NCBI GenBank assembly: GCA_963776245.1
Contig: CAVZLN010000003.1
Span: 800,001 to 864,000, forward strand
Length of the DNA: 64,000 nucleotides
Reading direction: 5' to 3'
Source of the DNA: Candidatus Eiseniibacteriota bacterium
GTDB lineage: Bacteria > Eisenbacteria > RBG-16-71-46
Position numbers and translations under genes: made by a program. Below, one piece after another: positions 28,800 to 38,069 of this stretch; within the stretch, counting starts at the first letter, position 1, and every line of letters starts with the position of its first letter. The notes beneath the pieces are model-generated. The model saw only the letters and a list, made by a program, of their open reading frames with translations. It had not been told where the DNA came from and made no database searches.

Positions 28800-30464
28800 A
28801 TGACGATCGGAAAGACCACCCTGCTCATCCTCGCCACGATCCTCGCCGCTGGCACCGCGCGCGCCAACGTCCAGCAGGACTGGGCGACTCGCTTCGGGAC
28901 GGCCGGATCCAGCGGGGCCGCGGTCGCGGTCGATCCGGCCGGAAACGTGTACGTGGCCGCGAACATCTTCCGGGGCGTCCGGGGGTTCGACCTCCTGACC
29001 ATCAAGTACGATGCGGCCGGGACCCAGCTGTGGTCGCGCGAGTTCAACGGGATCGGCAACGGCCTCGAGTACCCGGTGGGGATCGCCATCACCAGCGCCG
29101 GGAGCATCGTCGTCACGGGCACGAGCTTCCGCGGGCCCACGGCGCTCAATTACGAGATCGTCACGATGGCCTACGCTCCCAACGGCGACTCGCTCTGGCT
29201 GGCACGCTACAATGGGGTCTCGGCCAAGGACGATCGTCCACTGGCCCTGGCGGTGGACGCGAGCGGCAACACCTACGTCGCCGGCTACTCCAACGGCAAC
29301 TCGGTGAGTTCCTGGGACGGACGCGACTACGTCACCATCAAGTACGGGCCCACCGGCGCGCAATCGTGGGCGGCGACCTACCCCCTGGTGTGGTGTTCCG
29401 GGGCGAACGCTCTGGCCGTGGACGCGCGCGGAAACGTGTACGTGACCGGTGGGGGCTACGACGGCAATCCCACCTTCGGCGACTACCTGACGATCAAGTA
29501 CAGCACGCTGGGCGCACCGCTCTGGGTGGCCCGCTATGCCGGCGCGGACGACGATGAGGCGAAGGCGATCGCCGTGGACGGCAGCGGCAACGTGTGCGTG
29601 ACCGGCAGGGGCCAGCAGGTCTCGGGCTACGCCGACATCACCACCATCCAGTACGACTCCGCCGGGGTCGAGCGGTGGGTGAAGCGCTACGACGGCGTGG
29701 CGCACAGCGATGACGGGGGTCTCGGCATCGGGATCGACATGGCCCACAACATCTACGTCACCGGGTCGGAGACGAACGCCAATGCCTTCAACAACCGGGA
29801 CATCGTGACCCTGAAGTACTCGACCACCGGGGACTCGCTCTGGTGCAAGCACTACGACGGCCCGTCGGCTTCCTACGACGATCCGCTCTCGATCTGGGTC
29901 GATGGTGCCGGGAACTCGATCGTGCTGGGCCGCAGTTACGGCCCCGGGGTGACCCCGTTCACGAGCTACTACGGCTTCCTGACGATGGGATACGGCTCGG
30001 GCGGCGATCCGCTGTGGCTGGTGCGCTACGACGGTCCGGGGGACGGGGACGAGTACGCGGGCGGCCTCGCGGTGGGTGTCGACGGGAGCATCGTCGTGGC
30101 GGGCGGCAGCATCGACTACCTGTCGGGCAATGGGTACGTCGCCACGGTCAGGTACTCGGGCGCGACGCTGGATGTCGCCGCGGGCCCACGGCCGCGCCCG
30201 GAGCCCGCGCGGCTCTCGTGGAGCCACCCCAATCCCTGCGCGCAGGCAGCCACCATCCAGTTCCGCCTGGCGTCCGCCGCGCCAGTCTCGCTCCGGGTCT
30301 ACGACCTGCAGGGACGCGAAGTGGCCGCGCTCGCCGACGGCGTGCGACCGGCCGGCGAGCACGCGGTCCGCTGGGACGCTTCCAGCGCGCCCGACGGGGT
30401 GTACTTCTACCGACTGCGGATCGGGGCGCGCGAGGAGACGAGGAGGATGGTGGTCGTCCGCTGA
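28800..30464 (+). CDS. Secreted SBBP-repeat beta-propeller protein with T9SS/FlgD-like C-terminal domain
   Basis: Signal peptide; about 7 repeats of AVDxxGNxYVTG...DxxTIKYxxxGxxxW; C-terminus HPNP...YDLQGR...GVYFYRL. Confidence 0.88.
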   Translation: MTIGKTTLLILATILAAGTARANVQQDWATRFGTAGSSGAAVAVDPAGNVYVAANIFRGVRGFDLLTIKYDAAGTQLWSREFNGIGNGLEYPVGIAITSAGSIVVTGTSFRGPTALNYEIVTMAYAPNGDSLWLARYNGVSAKDDRPLALAVDASGNTYVAGYSNGNSVSSWDGRDYVTIKYGPTGAQSWAATYPLVWCSGANALAVDARGNVYVTGGGYDGNPTFGDYLTIKYSTLGAPLWVARYAGADDDEAKAIAVDGSGNVCVTGRGQQVSGYADITTIQYDSAGVERWVKRYDGVAHSDDGGLGIGIDMAHNIYVTGSETNANAFNNRDIVTLKYSTTGDSLWCKHYDGPSASYDDPLSIWVDGAGNSIVLGRSYGPGVTPFTSYYGFLTMGYGSGGDPLWLVRYDGPGDGDEYAGGLAVGVDGSIVVAGGSIDYLSGNGYVATVRYSGATLDVAAGPRPRPEPARLSWSHPNPCAQAATIQFRLASAAPVSLRVYDLQGREVAALADGVRPAGEHAVRWDASSAPDGVYFYRLRIGAREETRRMVVVR

Positions 30465-30492
30465 CGCGATGGTGCTGCGCCCCGCGCCGCGC

Positions 30493-31164
30493 TCAGCCGC
30501 GCTCGGCCGCCCGCCGCGCGAACCGCTCGCGCCATTCGGGGGAGAGCGCGTCGCACGCGGCGATCGCGCGCAGCGCGCCGGTGTCGGCCTCCTTCGAGAG
30601 GTGCAGCCGGAACACCCGCTCCACCGTCCAGTCGGGATGCGGCCGCGCCACCCGTGAGAGCGTGGCGCCCGGCGCGAGCACGCCCGCGCGCGTCACGCGC
30701 AGGAACCAGCCGGTGCGCCCGGTCTCGGTCACGCGCTGGACCATCGCGGGCTGGTCCCACACCCGCGCGATGGCGGCGCACGGCTTGCGCGGCTGGGACA
30801 CCTCCAAGGCCACCTCGCCCGCCTCGTACACGTCGCCGACGCACACCGTGCGCTCGTCGAGCCCGTCGAGGGTGAGGTTCTCGGCGAACCCGCCGGGCCC
30901 GATGCGCTCGAGGCCGGGCTCGGTGCGCCAGCGCGGGTAGTGCGCCGCGGCGTACGCCAGAACCGCCATGTGCGGACCGCCGTGCACGTCGCGGTGGACC
31001 TGCTCATCGCCCTCGAGGCCGAGCGCGGTGACCCGCACCCGCCCGGCGACCTCGTCCTTGCGGTAGGCCGAGCGCCAGGTGCGATCGGGCGCCTGGTCCC
31101 AGTCGGGGCGCGGGTACTCGCGCGCGCGCCCGGTGCGGATGGAGACGACGAGACCCTGGCTCAT
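30493..31164 (-). CDS. MOSC domain protein (YiiM-like, with 3-alpha domain)
   Basis: GLEGDEQ...HGG, GGFAENL, EVSQPRKPC, GRTGWFLRV. Confidence 0.9.
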   Translation of the reverse strand: MSQGLVVSIRTGRAREYPRPDWDQAPDRTWRSAYRKDEVAGRVRVTALGLEGDEQVHRDVHGGPHMAVLAYAAAHYPRWRTEPGLERIGPGGFAENLTLDGLDERTVCVGDVYEAGEVALEVSQPRKPCAAIARVWDQPAMVQRVTETGRTGWFLRVTRAGVLAPGATLSRVARPHPDWTVERVFRLHLSKEADTGALRAIAACDALSPEWRERFARRAAERG

Positions 31165-31399
31165 GGCGGGGCTCCGGGTGAGGGGACCGGCACGGGGGAC
31201 CACGGCGCGATTCTCCGCGAGCGGCGGGCGGCGCACAAGGGGCGCGTGCGGACGCGTCCGGCGGAGGATCCGGCAAGCCACGGCGCGAGCGCGTCCGCAC
31301 CCGCGCCCGCCCGCTCGCCCCTCCCCGGCATCGGTGCTATAGGTTCCCGATCCGGCCCCCGCCTGATCGCACCACGGTCGCGTACGGGAGTACCCCCGC

Positions 31400-32785
31400 A
31401 TGAACTACCCGATCTGGGACCTGCCGTTACTCGGCGGCGGCATCCTCATCGGCCTGGTCGCGATCCTCCACGTCTTCGTTTCCCATTTCGCGGTGGGCGG
31501 CGGGCTGTTCCTCGTCCTCAACGAGCGGCGCGCGCGCCGCACCGGCGACGCCGCGCTGCTCGGCTACGTGCGCGGGCACTCGCGCTTCTTCGCGCTGGTG
31601 ACGCTGGTGCTCGGCGCCATCAGCGGGGTCGGCATCTGGTGGACCATCGCGCTGGTGCACCCGACCGCGACCTCGGCGCTGATCCACATCTTCGTGTGGG
31701 CGTGGGCGATCGAGTGGGTGTTCTTCCTGGTCGAGATCGCGGCCGCCTACGTCTACTACTACGGCTGGGACCGGCTCGACGCGCGCACCCACATGGCGGT
31801 GGGCTGGATCTACGCGGGCGCCGCGTGGATGAGCCTGGCGGTCATCAACGGCATCCTCACGTTCATGCTCACCCCGGGGCGCTGGCTCGAGACCCGCGCG
31901 GTCGCGGACGGCCTCTTCAATCCCACCTACCTGCCCTCGCTCGCCATCCGCTCGGCGGTGTGCGTGGCGCTCGCCGGGCTCTACGCGCTGCTCACCGCCT
32001 CGGCGGTCGAGGCGCACGAGCTGCGCCTGCGCGTCACGCGCCACGCGGCGGGCTGGGTGCTGGCGGGAGTGCTGCCGCTGCCTTTGCTCGGGGCGTGGTA
32101 CATCGCCGACCTCCCGCCGCTGGCGCGCGAGATCTCGATGGGCGGCGCGCCCGCGGTCACCCTGTTCGCCGCGGCCACGGTGGCGCTTTCGCTGCTGCTG
32201 GCGGGCATCACGTGGTTCGGCCCCTACCGCCGGCCGCAGTGGTCGAACGCGGTGCTGGTCGCGGTCATCGCGATCCTCGGGCTCGGCGTCACCGGCGCCA
32301 CCGAGTGGGTGCGCGAGGCGGTGCGCAAGCCGTACATCCTCTACGGTTACATGTACTCGAACGCCATCCGGGTCGAGGACGCCGCGCGCATCCGCGCGAG
32401 GGGCGCGCTGGCCTCGGCCCGGTGGGCCAGCATCGACCGCGTGACGCCCGAGAACGCGCATCGCGCCGGGTATCAGCTGTTCCGGCTCGAGTGCCGCTCG
32501 TGCCACACCGTGGATGGCTACAACGGGATCCGGGTGCTGGTGAAGGGCTGGAGCTACGAGTTCATCGATCAGCAGGTGGCCCACCTCAACGAGCTCAAGG
32601 GCTTCATGCCGCCGTTCATCGGCACCCCGGCGGAGCGCAAGGCGCTGTCGCTCTGGCTCCACGACATCGGGCGCGAGAAGCCGTTCAGCGAACCGTGGAT
32701 CGCCGGGGGCGGGATGGCGTCCGCGCACGACGTCGTGGCGCTCGCGCCCGGCGGCGGCGCCGCGCGCCCCGGGGCGCAGCGATGA
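31400..32785 (+). CDS. Cytochrome bd subunit I (CydA)-like membrane protein fused to a C-terminal monoheme cytochrome c
   Basis: HVFVSHFAVGG, GVGIW, WAIEWVFF, INGILTFMLTPG, EWVREAVRKPY; CRSCH followed by MPPF. Confidence 0.82.
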   Translation: MNYPIWDLPLLGGGILIGLVAILHVFVSHFAVGGGLFLVLNERRARRTGDAALLGYVRGHSRFFALVTLVLGAISGVGIWWTIALVHPTATSALIHIFVWAWAIEWVFFLVEIAAAYVYYYGWDRLDARTHMAVGWIYAGAAWMSLAVINGILTFMLTPGRWLETRAVADGLFNPTYLPSLAIRSAVCVALAGLYALLTASAVEAHELRLRVTRHAAGWVLAGVLPLPLLGAWYIADLPPLAREISMGGAPAVTLFAAATVALSLLLAGITWFGPYRRPQWSNAVLVAVIAILGLGVTGATEWVREAVRKPYILYGYMYSNAIRVEDAARIRARGALASARWASIDRVTPENAHRAGYQLFRLECRSCHTVDGYNGIRVLVKGWSYEFIDQQVAHLNELKGFMPPFIGTPAERKALSLWLHDIGREKPFSEPWIAGGGMASAHDVVALAPGGGAARPGAQR

Positions 32786-33891
32786 ACCCGGTGCTCCCGG
32801 ATGCCGACCCCGCGGGCCTGCCGGCCCCGATGGCGCTGCTGCGCTTCCTGCTGCTGCTCACCTTCCTGCTCCACGTGATCCCCATGAACCTGGTGCTGGG
32901 CGGCGGGATGGTGGCGGGCTGGGCGGCGCTGCGCGGGGAGGGCTTCGCGCGCGCCGGCCGCCAGCGTGAGGCCGAGGGTATGCGGGCGGTGGCGGGCGGG
33001 CTGGCCGCGCTGTTGCCGGCCGCGACCGCGTTCGCGGTCACCTTCGGCGTGGCGCCGCTGCTGTTCCTCCAGGTGCTCTACGGGCAGTTGTTCTACACCT
33101 CGTCGGTGCTGATGGCGTGGGGGTGGCTGGCCATCGTGCCGGCCGTCCTGCTCGGCTACTATGGCCACCACGCGCTCGCCGCGCGGGATGGCGCCCCGGG
33201 CCGCGCGACCGCGTGGCTGGGCTTCGGCAGCGCCGCGGCGTTCCTGTTCACCGCGTGGGTGTTCACCATGAACATGACGCTCATGCTGCGGCCCGAGCGC
33301 TTCCCGGGGATCCATGCCGCCAGCGATCTGGGGCTCTACCTCCACCTCGACGAACCGATGCTGTGGCCGCGCTTCCTGCATTTCGTGGTCGCCGCGTTCG
33401 CGGTCACCGGCCTGACGGTGGCGTACCTCGGCGCGGCGCGCCGGCGCGCCGACCCCGCGCTCGGCGGGGCGATGCGCGACTACGGCGTGCGGCTGTTCAC
33501 CGTGGCCACGCTGGTGGAGTTCGCGGTCGGCGCGTGGTTCCTCAGCTCGCTGCCGGCGCCGGTGCGCGCCACGTTCATGGGCGGGTGGCCGGGCCACACC
33601 TCGCTGCTCGCGGCGTCCGTGCTGATGGCGCTGGTCGCGCTGGTGGTGGTGCCGCGATCGCTGGCGGGCGGGTCGACACTGATGGTGCTCACGCTGGGTG
33701 GCATGACGGTGATCCGGCACCGGGTGCGCGCGCTGATGCTCGCGCCGCTGTTCGTTCCCGCCGCGCTGCCGGTGCGTCCGCAGTGGGCGATGTTCGCGAT
33801 CTTCGCCGCGTGCCTGGTCGCGGGGATCGCGGTGGTGGTGTGGATGATGATGCGGTTGGTGGCGGCGCGGCCGCGGGAGGACGGACGATGA
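32782..33891 (+). CDS. Polytopic membrane partner subunit (second CydA-like / CydA' type)
   Basis: LLHVIPMN, FGVAPLLFLQVLYG, PRFLHF; about 9 TM helices; ATGA coupling on both sides. Confidence 0.7.
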   Translation: MNPVLPDADPAGLPAPMALLRFLLLLTFLLHVIPMNLVLGGGMVAGWAALRGEGFARAGRQREAEGMRAVAGGLAALLPAATAFAVTFGVAPLLFLQVLYGQLFYTSSVLMAWGWLAIVPAVLLGYYGHHALAARDGAPGRATAWLGFGSAAAFLFTAWVFTMNMTLMLRPERFPGIHAASDLGLYLHLDEPMLWPRFLHFVVAAFAVTGLTVAYLGAARRRADPALGGAMRDYGVRLFTVATLVEFAVGAWFLSSLPAPVRATFMGGWPGHTSLLAASVLMALVALVVVPRSLAGGSTLMVLTLGGMTVIRHRVRALMLAPLFVPAALPVRPQWAMFAIFAACLVAGIAVVVWMMMRLVAARPREDGR

Positions 33892-35405
33892 ATCTCCAGG
33901 AATGGGCGCGCCGGCACGCCGCGGCGCCGCCGGGCGGCAACGCGGTGCGGGACCTGCTCGCGGGCCGCGACGACGCCACCATCGCGCGCGAGCGGGGCCT
34001 GCCGCGCGCGGCGGTCGCGGGGGTGCGGACGTTCTACGACCAGCTCGAGGACCTGCCGCGCGTGTGCGACGGCACCGCGTGCCGGTTCGCGGGCGCCGAC
34101 GCGATCCGCGAGCGGCTCGCCGGACGGGTGGCGAGCGGCGAGGTGCGCTGCCTCGGGCACTGCTACGACGGCCCCGCGGTCCGCGTGGGGGACACCGTGT
34201 TCTCGCGCGCGAGCCACGCCGCCTTCGAACGCTGGCTCGCCGATCCGCACGGCCCGGTGCCCGCGGCCGCGGGCACCACGCCCATCCCGCGCATGAGCCT
34301 GGCCGACCCGCCGGTGCTGCTGCGCGAGCTGCTGGGCGAGAGCGGCGTGGTCATCCGGCACGACTACGACCTGCCCGCGCCCGCGGCCATCCTCGACGCG
34401 GTGGAGTCCTACGCGCTGCGCGGGCGCGGCGGCGCCGCGTACCCGACGGCGGCCAAGTGGATCGCGGCGCGCGACACCGCGGCGCCCGACCGCATCGTGG
34501 TCGCCAACGGCGACGAGGGCGATCCCGGGTCGTTCGTGGACCGCCTGCTGCTGGAGGAGGCGCCGCACGCCATCCTCTCCGGCATGCTCGCCGCGGCCCG
34601 CGTCATCGGCGCGCGGCGCGGCATCGTGTACATCCGCGCCGAGTATCCGCGCGCCCAGGTCGTGATGCGCGAGGCGATCGCCGCCGCCCGCGCCGCCGGG
34701 CACCTGGGCGAGCCGTTCGACGTCGAGGTGGCCTCGGGCGCGGGCTCGTACGTGTGCGGCGAGGAGACCGCGCTGCTGAACTCGATCGAGGGCCTGCGCG
34801 GCGAGCCGCGCATCAAGCCGCCCTACCCGAGCACCGCGGGGCTGTGGGGCCTGCCCACCGTGGTGCAGAACGTCGAGACGCTGGCGATCGTGTCGTGGCT
34901 GGCGCGCAGCGGGCGCGGCGACGGCACCAAGCTGGTGAGCCTGGCCGGCGCGGTGGACTGGCCGGGGGTGGTCGAGGTGCCGCTCGGCACCCCGCTGCGG
35001 CGGGTGCTCATCGAGGGCGGCGGCGGCCCGCCGGCCGGCCGGCGCTGGCGCATGGCGATCATCGGCGGCCCGCTCGGCCGGGTGCTGCCGGAGCGCTTCT
35101 TCGACACGCCGCTGTCGTACGACACGCTTCCCGGCATGGGCCACGGTGGCATCGTGGTGCTCGACCAGAGCGTGACGCCGGGGGCACTCGCGCGCCACGT
35201 GATGCGCTTTGCGAGCGCCGAGTCGTGCGGGAACTGCGCGCCCTGCCGCATCGGCACCGCTCGCCTCGCGCACATGCGCGACCGCGACGGCCTCGAACGC
35301 CTGCTCGACACACTCGAGACCGGCAGCCTGTGCGGCTTCGGCGCCGGCGTGCCGCGGCCGCTGCGCGACCTGCTCGGGCACTTCGGAGACGAGGTGTTCG
35401 CATGA
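33888..35405 (+). CDS. NuoE-NuoF fusion (FdsG/FdsB-like NADH/FMN subunit of a formate dehydrogenase)
   Basis: CDGTAC...CLGHC [2Fe-2S]; LRGRGGAAYP, NGDEGDPGSFVDR, GSYVCGEETAL; SCGNCAPC...SLCGFG [4Fe-4S]. Confidence 0.9.
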   Translation: MNLQEWARRHAAAPPGGNAVRDLLAGRDDATIARERGLPRAAVAGVRTFYDQLEDLPRVCDGTACRFAGADAIRERLAGRVASGEVRCLGHCYDGPAVRVGDTVFSRASHAAFERWLADPHGPVPAAAGTTPIPRMSLADPPVLLRELLGESGVVIRHDYDLPAPAAILDAVESYALRGRGGAAYPTAAKWIAARDTAAPDRIVVANGDEGDPGSFVDRLLLEEAPHAILSGMLAAARVIGARRGIVYIRAEYPRAQVVMREAIAAARAAGHLGEPFDVEVASGAGSYVCGEETALLNSIEGLRGEPRIKPPYPSTAGLWGLPTVVQNVETLAIVSWLARSGRGDGTKLVSLAGAVDWPGVVEVPLGTPLRRVLIEGGGGPPAGRRWRMAIIGGPLGRVLPERFFDTPLSYDTLPGMGHGGIVVLDQSVTPGALARHVMRFASAESCGNCAPCRIGTARLAHMRDRDGLERLLDTLETGSLCGFGAGVPRPLRDLLGHFGDEVFA

Positions 35406-37999
35406 TGCGCATCGACGGACGCGAGGTCGCGGCGCGCGGCTCGCTGCTCGAGGCCTGCCGCGCCGCGGGCGCTGCGGTGCCGGCGTTCTGCACCGACGAC
35501 CGCCTCTCCGTGGGCGGGCACTGCCGCTCGTGCATGGTGGAGATGGACGGCCGCCGGGTGGCCGCGTGCACCACGCCGGCGCGCGCGGGCGCCACCGTGC
35601 TCACCGACACGCCGGCCCTGCGCGCCTACCGCCGCGACCTCGGCGAGCTGATGGTCTCGGAGAGCACGCCGGGCGGCGCGGTGGGCGGCACGCTCTCGCT
35701 GTGGGGGGTGGACGGCGAGCGCTACGGCCGGGCCGCGCGCCGCAGCGAGCCCGACGCCTCGCACGCCTACCTGCGCCTCGACATGGACGCCTGCATCCTG
35801 TGCCGCCGCTGCGTGCGCGCGTGCGAGGAGATCCAGGGGCAGTTCGTGTACTCGGTGCTCCACCGCGGCGCGCGATCGCGCATCGGCTGGGGGACCGGTC
35901 ATTTTGCCGATTCGGACTGCGTGGCGTGCGGCGCGTGCGTGACCGCGTGCCCGACCGGCGCCATCACCGACGTGGACCGCCTGAAGGGCGTGGCGCCCGA
36001 CGAGACCGTGACGCGCACCACGTGCACCTACTGCGGCGTGGGCTGCCAGCTGGACGTGCACGCCACCGGCGAAGGCATCCTTCGCATCGACGGGGCCGCG
36101 TCCCCGGTCAACCACGGCCACCTGTGCGTGAAGGGCCGCTACGCCCACGGCTTCACCCGTCATCCGGAGCGCCTCACGCGGCCGCTCATCCGCCGCGACG
36201 GGCGTCTCGAGCCCGCGACCTGGGACGAGGCGCTGGCCCTGATCGCGCGCGAGTTCACGCGCCTCGCCGGCCGGGTGGCCGCGCTCTCGTCGTCGCGCTG
36301 CACCAACGAGGAGAACTACCTGGTCCAGAAGTGGTTCCGCGCCGGGCTCGGGACCCACGACGTGGACTGTTGCGCGCGCGTGTGCCACGCGCCCTCGGCC
36401 GCCGGCATGCGGGAGTCGTTCGGCACCGGCGCGGCGACCAACAGCCTCGACGACCTCGAGCGCGCCGACCTGCTGCTGGTGGTGGGCGCCAACGTCACCG
36501 AGGCGCACCCGGTCACCGGCGCGCGCATCAAGCAGGCGGCGCTGCGGGGCGCCCGGCTGATCGTCATCGACCCGCGGGTGACCGAGCTGGCGGCGATGGC
36601 CGACGTGCATCTGCAGTTGCGCCCGGGAACCAACGTGCCGCTGTTCAACAGCCTCGCCGCGGTGATCGTCGAGGAGGGGCTGACCCGGCGCGAGTTCGTG
36701 GACGCCCGCGCCGAGGGCTGGGTCGAGTACGACCGCCACATCCGCGGCGAGACCCCCGAGCGCTGGGAGTCCACCACCGGCGTGCCCGCCGCCGCGGTGC
36801 GCGCGGCGGCGCGGGCGTACGCCGGCGCAGCGCGCCCGATGATGGTGCACGGGCTGGGCGTGACCGAGCACCTGCAGGGCAGCGAGGCGGTGATGCTGCT
36901 GTGCAACCTCGCGCTGCTGGTGGGAGCGGTGGGCCGCCCGGGCACCGGTGTGAACCCGCTGCGCGGGCAGAACAACGTGCAGGGCGCGGCCGACATGGGC
37001 TGCCAGCCCGACCTGCTCCCCGGCTACGCCGCGCCCGGCGACCCCGAGACGCGCGCGCGCTTCGAGCGCGCGTGGGGGCGCCCGCTGCCGGGGCCGGCGG
37101 GGCGGCGGCTGTCCGCGATGTTCGACGCCGCGCGCGCGGGCGAGTTGAAGGCGATGTACATCCTCGGCGAGGACGTGGTGCAGACCGACCCCGACACCGG
37201 ACGCACCCGCGCGGCGCTCGCGGCGCTGGAGTTCCTGGTGGTCCAGGAGCTGTTCCTGTCGGAGACCGCGAAGCTCGCGCACGTGGTGCTGCCGGGCGCC
37301 TCCGCGCTCGAGAAGGACGGCACGTTCACCAACGGCGAACGCCGCGTCCAGCGCGTGCGCCGAGTGATCCCGCCGCCGGGCGAGGCACGCGCCGACTGGG
37401 AGATCCTGCTCGCGCTGATGGCCGCCACCGGTCTGCCGCAGACGTTCCGCGGCCCCGCCGACGTGATGGACGAGATCGCGCGGGTGGCGACCCCGTACGC
37501 GGGCGTGTCGTATCCGCGCCTTGAGGGCGATGGGCTCCAATGGCCGGTGCCCGACGCGGCCCACCCCGGCACGCCGATGCTCCACGGGGACGCGTTCCCG
37601 CGCGGCCGCGGAAGACTCGCGTCCGTGGAGTACGTGCCCTCGCCCGGGCTCGGCGGGGCGCTCACGCTGGTGACCGGGCGCGTGCTCGAGCACTACAACG
37701 CCGGCACCATGACGCGTCGCACCGCGAACGCGGACATCGTGGGCGCCGACCAACTCGAGATCCACCCCGAGGACGCGCGGGCGCGCGGACTGGCCGACGG
37801 CGATGGAGTCACCGTGACCAGCGCCACCGGCGTGGCGCACGCGGTCGCGCGCGTCACCGAACGCGTGGCGCCCGGAGTGGTGTTCCTCTCGTTCCACTTC
37901 CCCGCGACCGGGACCAACGAGGTGGTGGGCGAGGTGCGCGACCGGCTCACCGACTGCCCCGAGTACAAGGTGACGGCGGTCGAGGTGACGAAAGACTGA
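35402..37999 (+). CDS. fdhF: Mo/W-bisPGD formate dehydrogenase alpha subunit (FdsA/FdhF-like, Cys-containing)
   Basis: N-terminal [2Fe-2S], two CxxCxxCxxxC motifs, CTYCGVGC...LCVKG, active site CARVCHAPS, PLRGQNNVQGA, PEYK. Confidence 0.92.
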   Translation: MMRIDGREVAARGSLLEACRAAGAAVPAFCTDDRLSVGGHCRSCMVEMDGRRVAACTTPARAGATVLTDTPALRAYRRDLGELMVSESTPGGAVGGTLSLWGVDGERYGRAARRSEPDASHAYLRLDMDACILCRRCVRACEEIQGQFVYSVLHRGARSRIGWGTGHFADSDCVACGACVTACPTGAITDVDRLKGVAPDETVTRTTCTYCGVGCQLDVHATGEGILRIDGAASPVNHGHLCVKGRYAHGFTRHPERLTRPLIRRDGRLEPATWDEALALIAREFTRLAGRVAALSSSRCTNEENYLVQKWFRAGLGTHDVDCCARVCHAPSAAGMRESFGTGAATNSLDDLERADLLLVVGANVTEAHPVTGARIKQAALRGARLIVIDPRVTELAAMADVHLQLRPGTNVPLFNSLAAVIVEEGLTRREFVDARAEGWVEYDRHIRGETPERWESTTGVPAAAVRAAARAYAGAARPMMVHGLGVTEHLQGSEAVMLLCNLALLVGAVGRPGTGVNPLRGQNNVQGAADMGCQPDLLPGYAAPGDPETRARFERAWGRPLPGPAGRRLSAMFDAARAGELKAMYILGEDVVQTDPDTGRTRAALAALEFLVVQELFLSETAKLAHVVLPGASALEKDGTFTNGERRVQRVRRVIPPPGEARADWEILLALMAATGLPQTFRGPADVMDEIARVATPYAGVSYPRLEGDGLQWPVPDAAHPGTPMLHGDAFPRGRGRLASVEYVPSPGLGGALTLVTGRVLEHYNAGTMTRRTANADIVGADQLEIHPEDARARGLADGDGVTVTSATGVAHAVARVTERVAPGVVFLSFHFPATGTNEVVGEVRDRLTDCPEYKVTAVEVTKD

Positions 38000-38069
38000 G
38001 CCGGCCGGGGCGCGACCGTGACGCGGCCGGGGCTGCGGTGCACGCGGGCGCGTGCGCTATAGTCGGGCC

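Noticed and set aside
25580..29557. Very long ORFs such as the 1325-aa, 1418-aa, 1365-aa, 1024-aa and 926-aa entries in the ORF track
   Set aside because: They are Arg/Ala/Gly/Pro-rich shadow frames, or upstream extensions of real genes, caused by high GC and stop-codon scarcity; they overlap well-supported genes.
31400..33891. Canonical cydAB quinol oxidase
   Set aside because: No Q-loop or CydB-type motifs were recognised, and a heme c domain is fused, so no gene symbol was assigned.
36383..36385. Selenocysteine in the formate dehydrogenase
   Set aside because: The active-site codon is TGC (Cys) and the ORF has no internal TGA.
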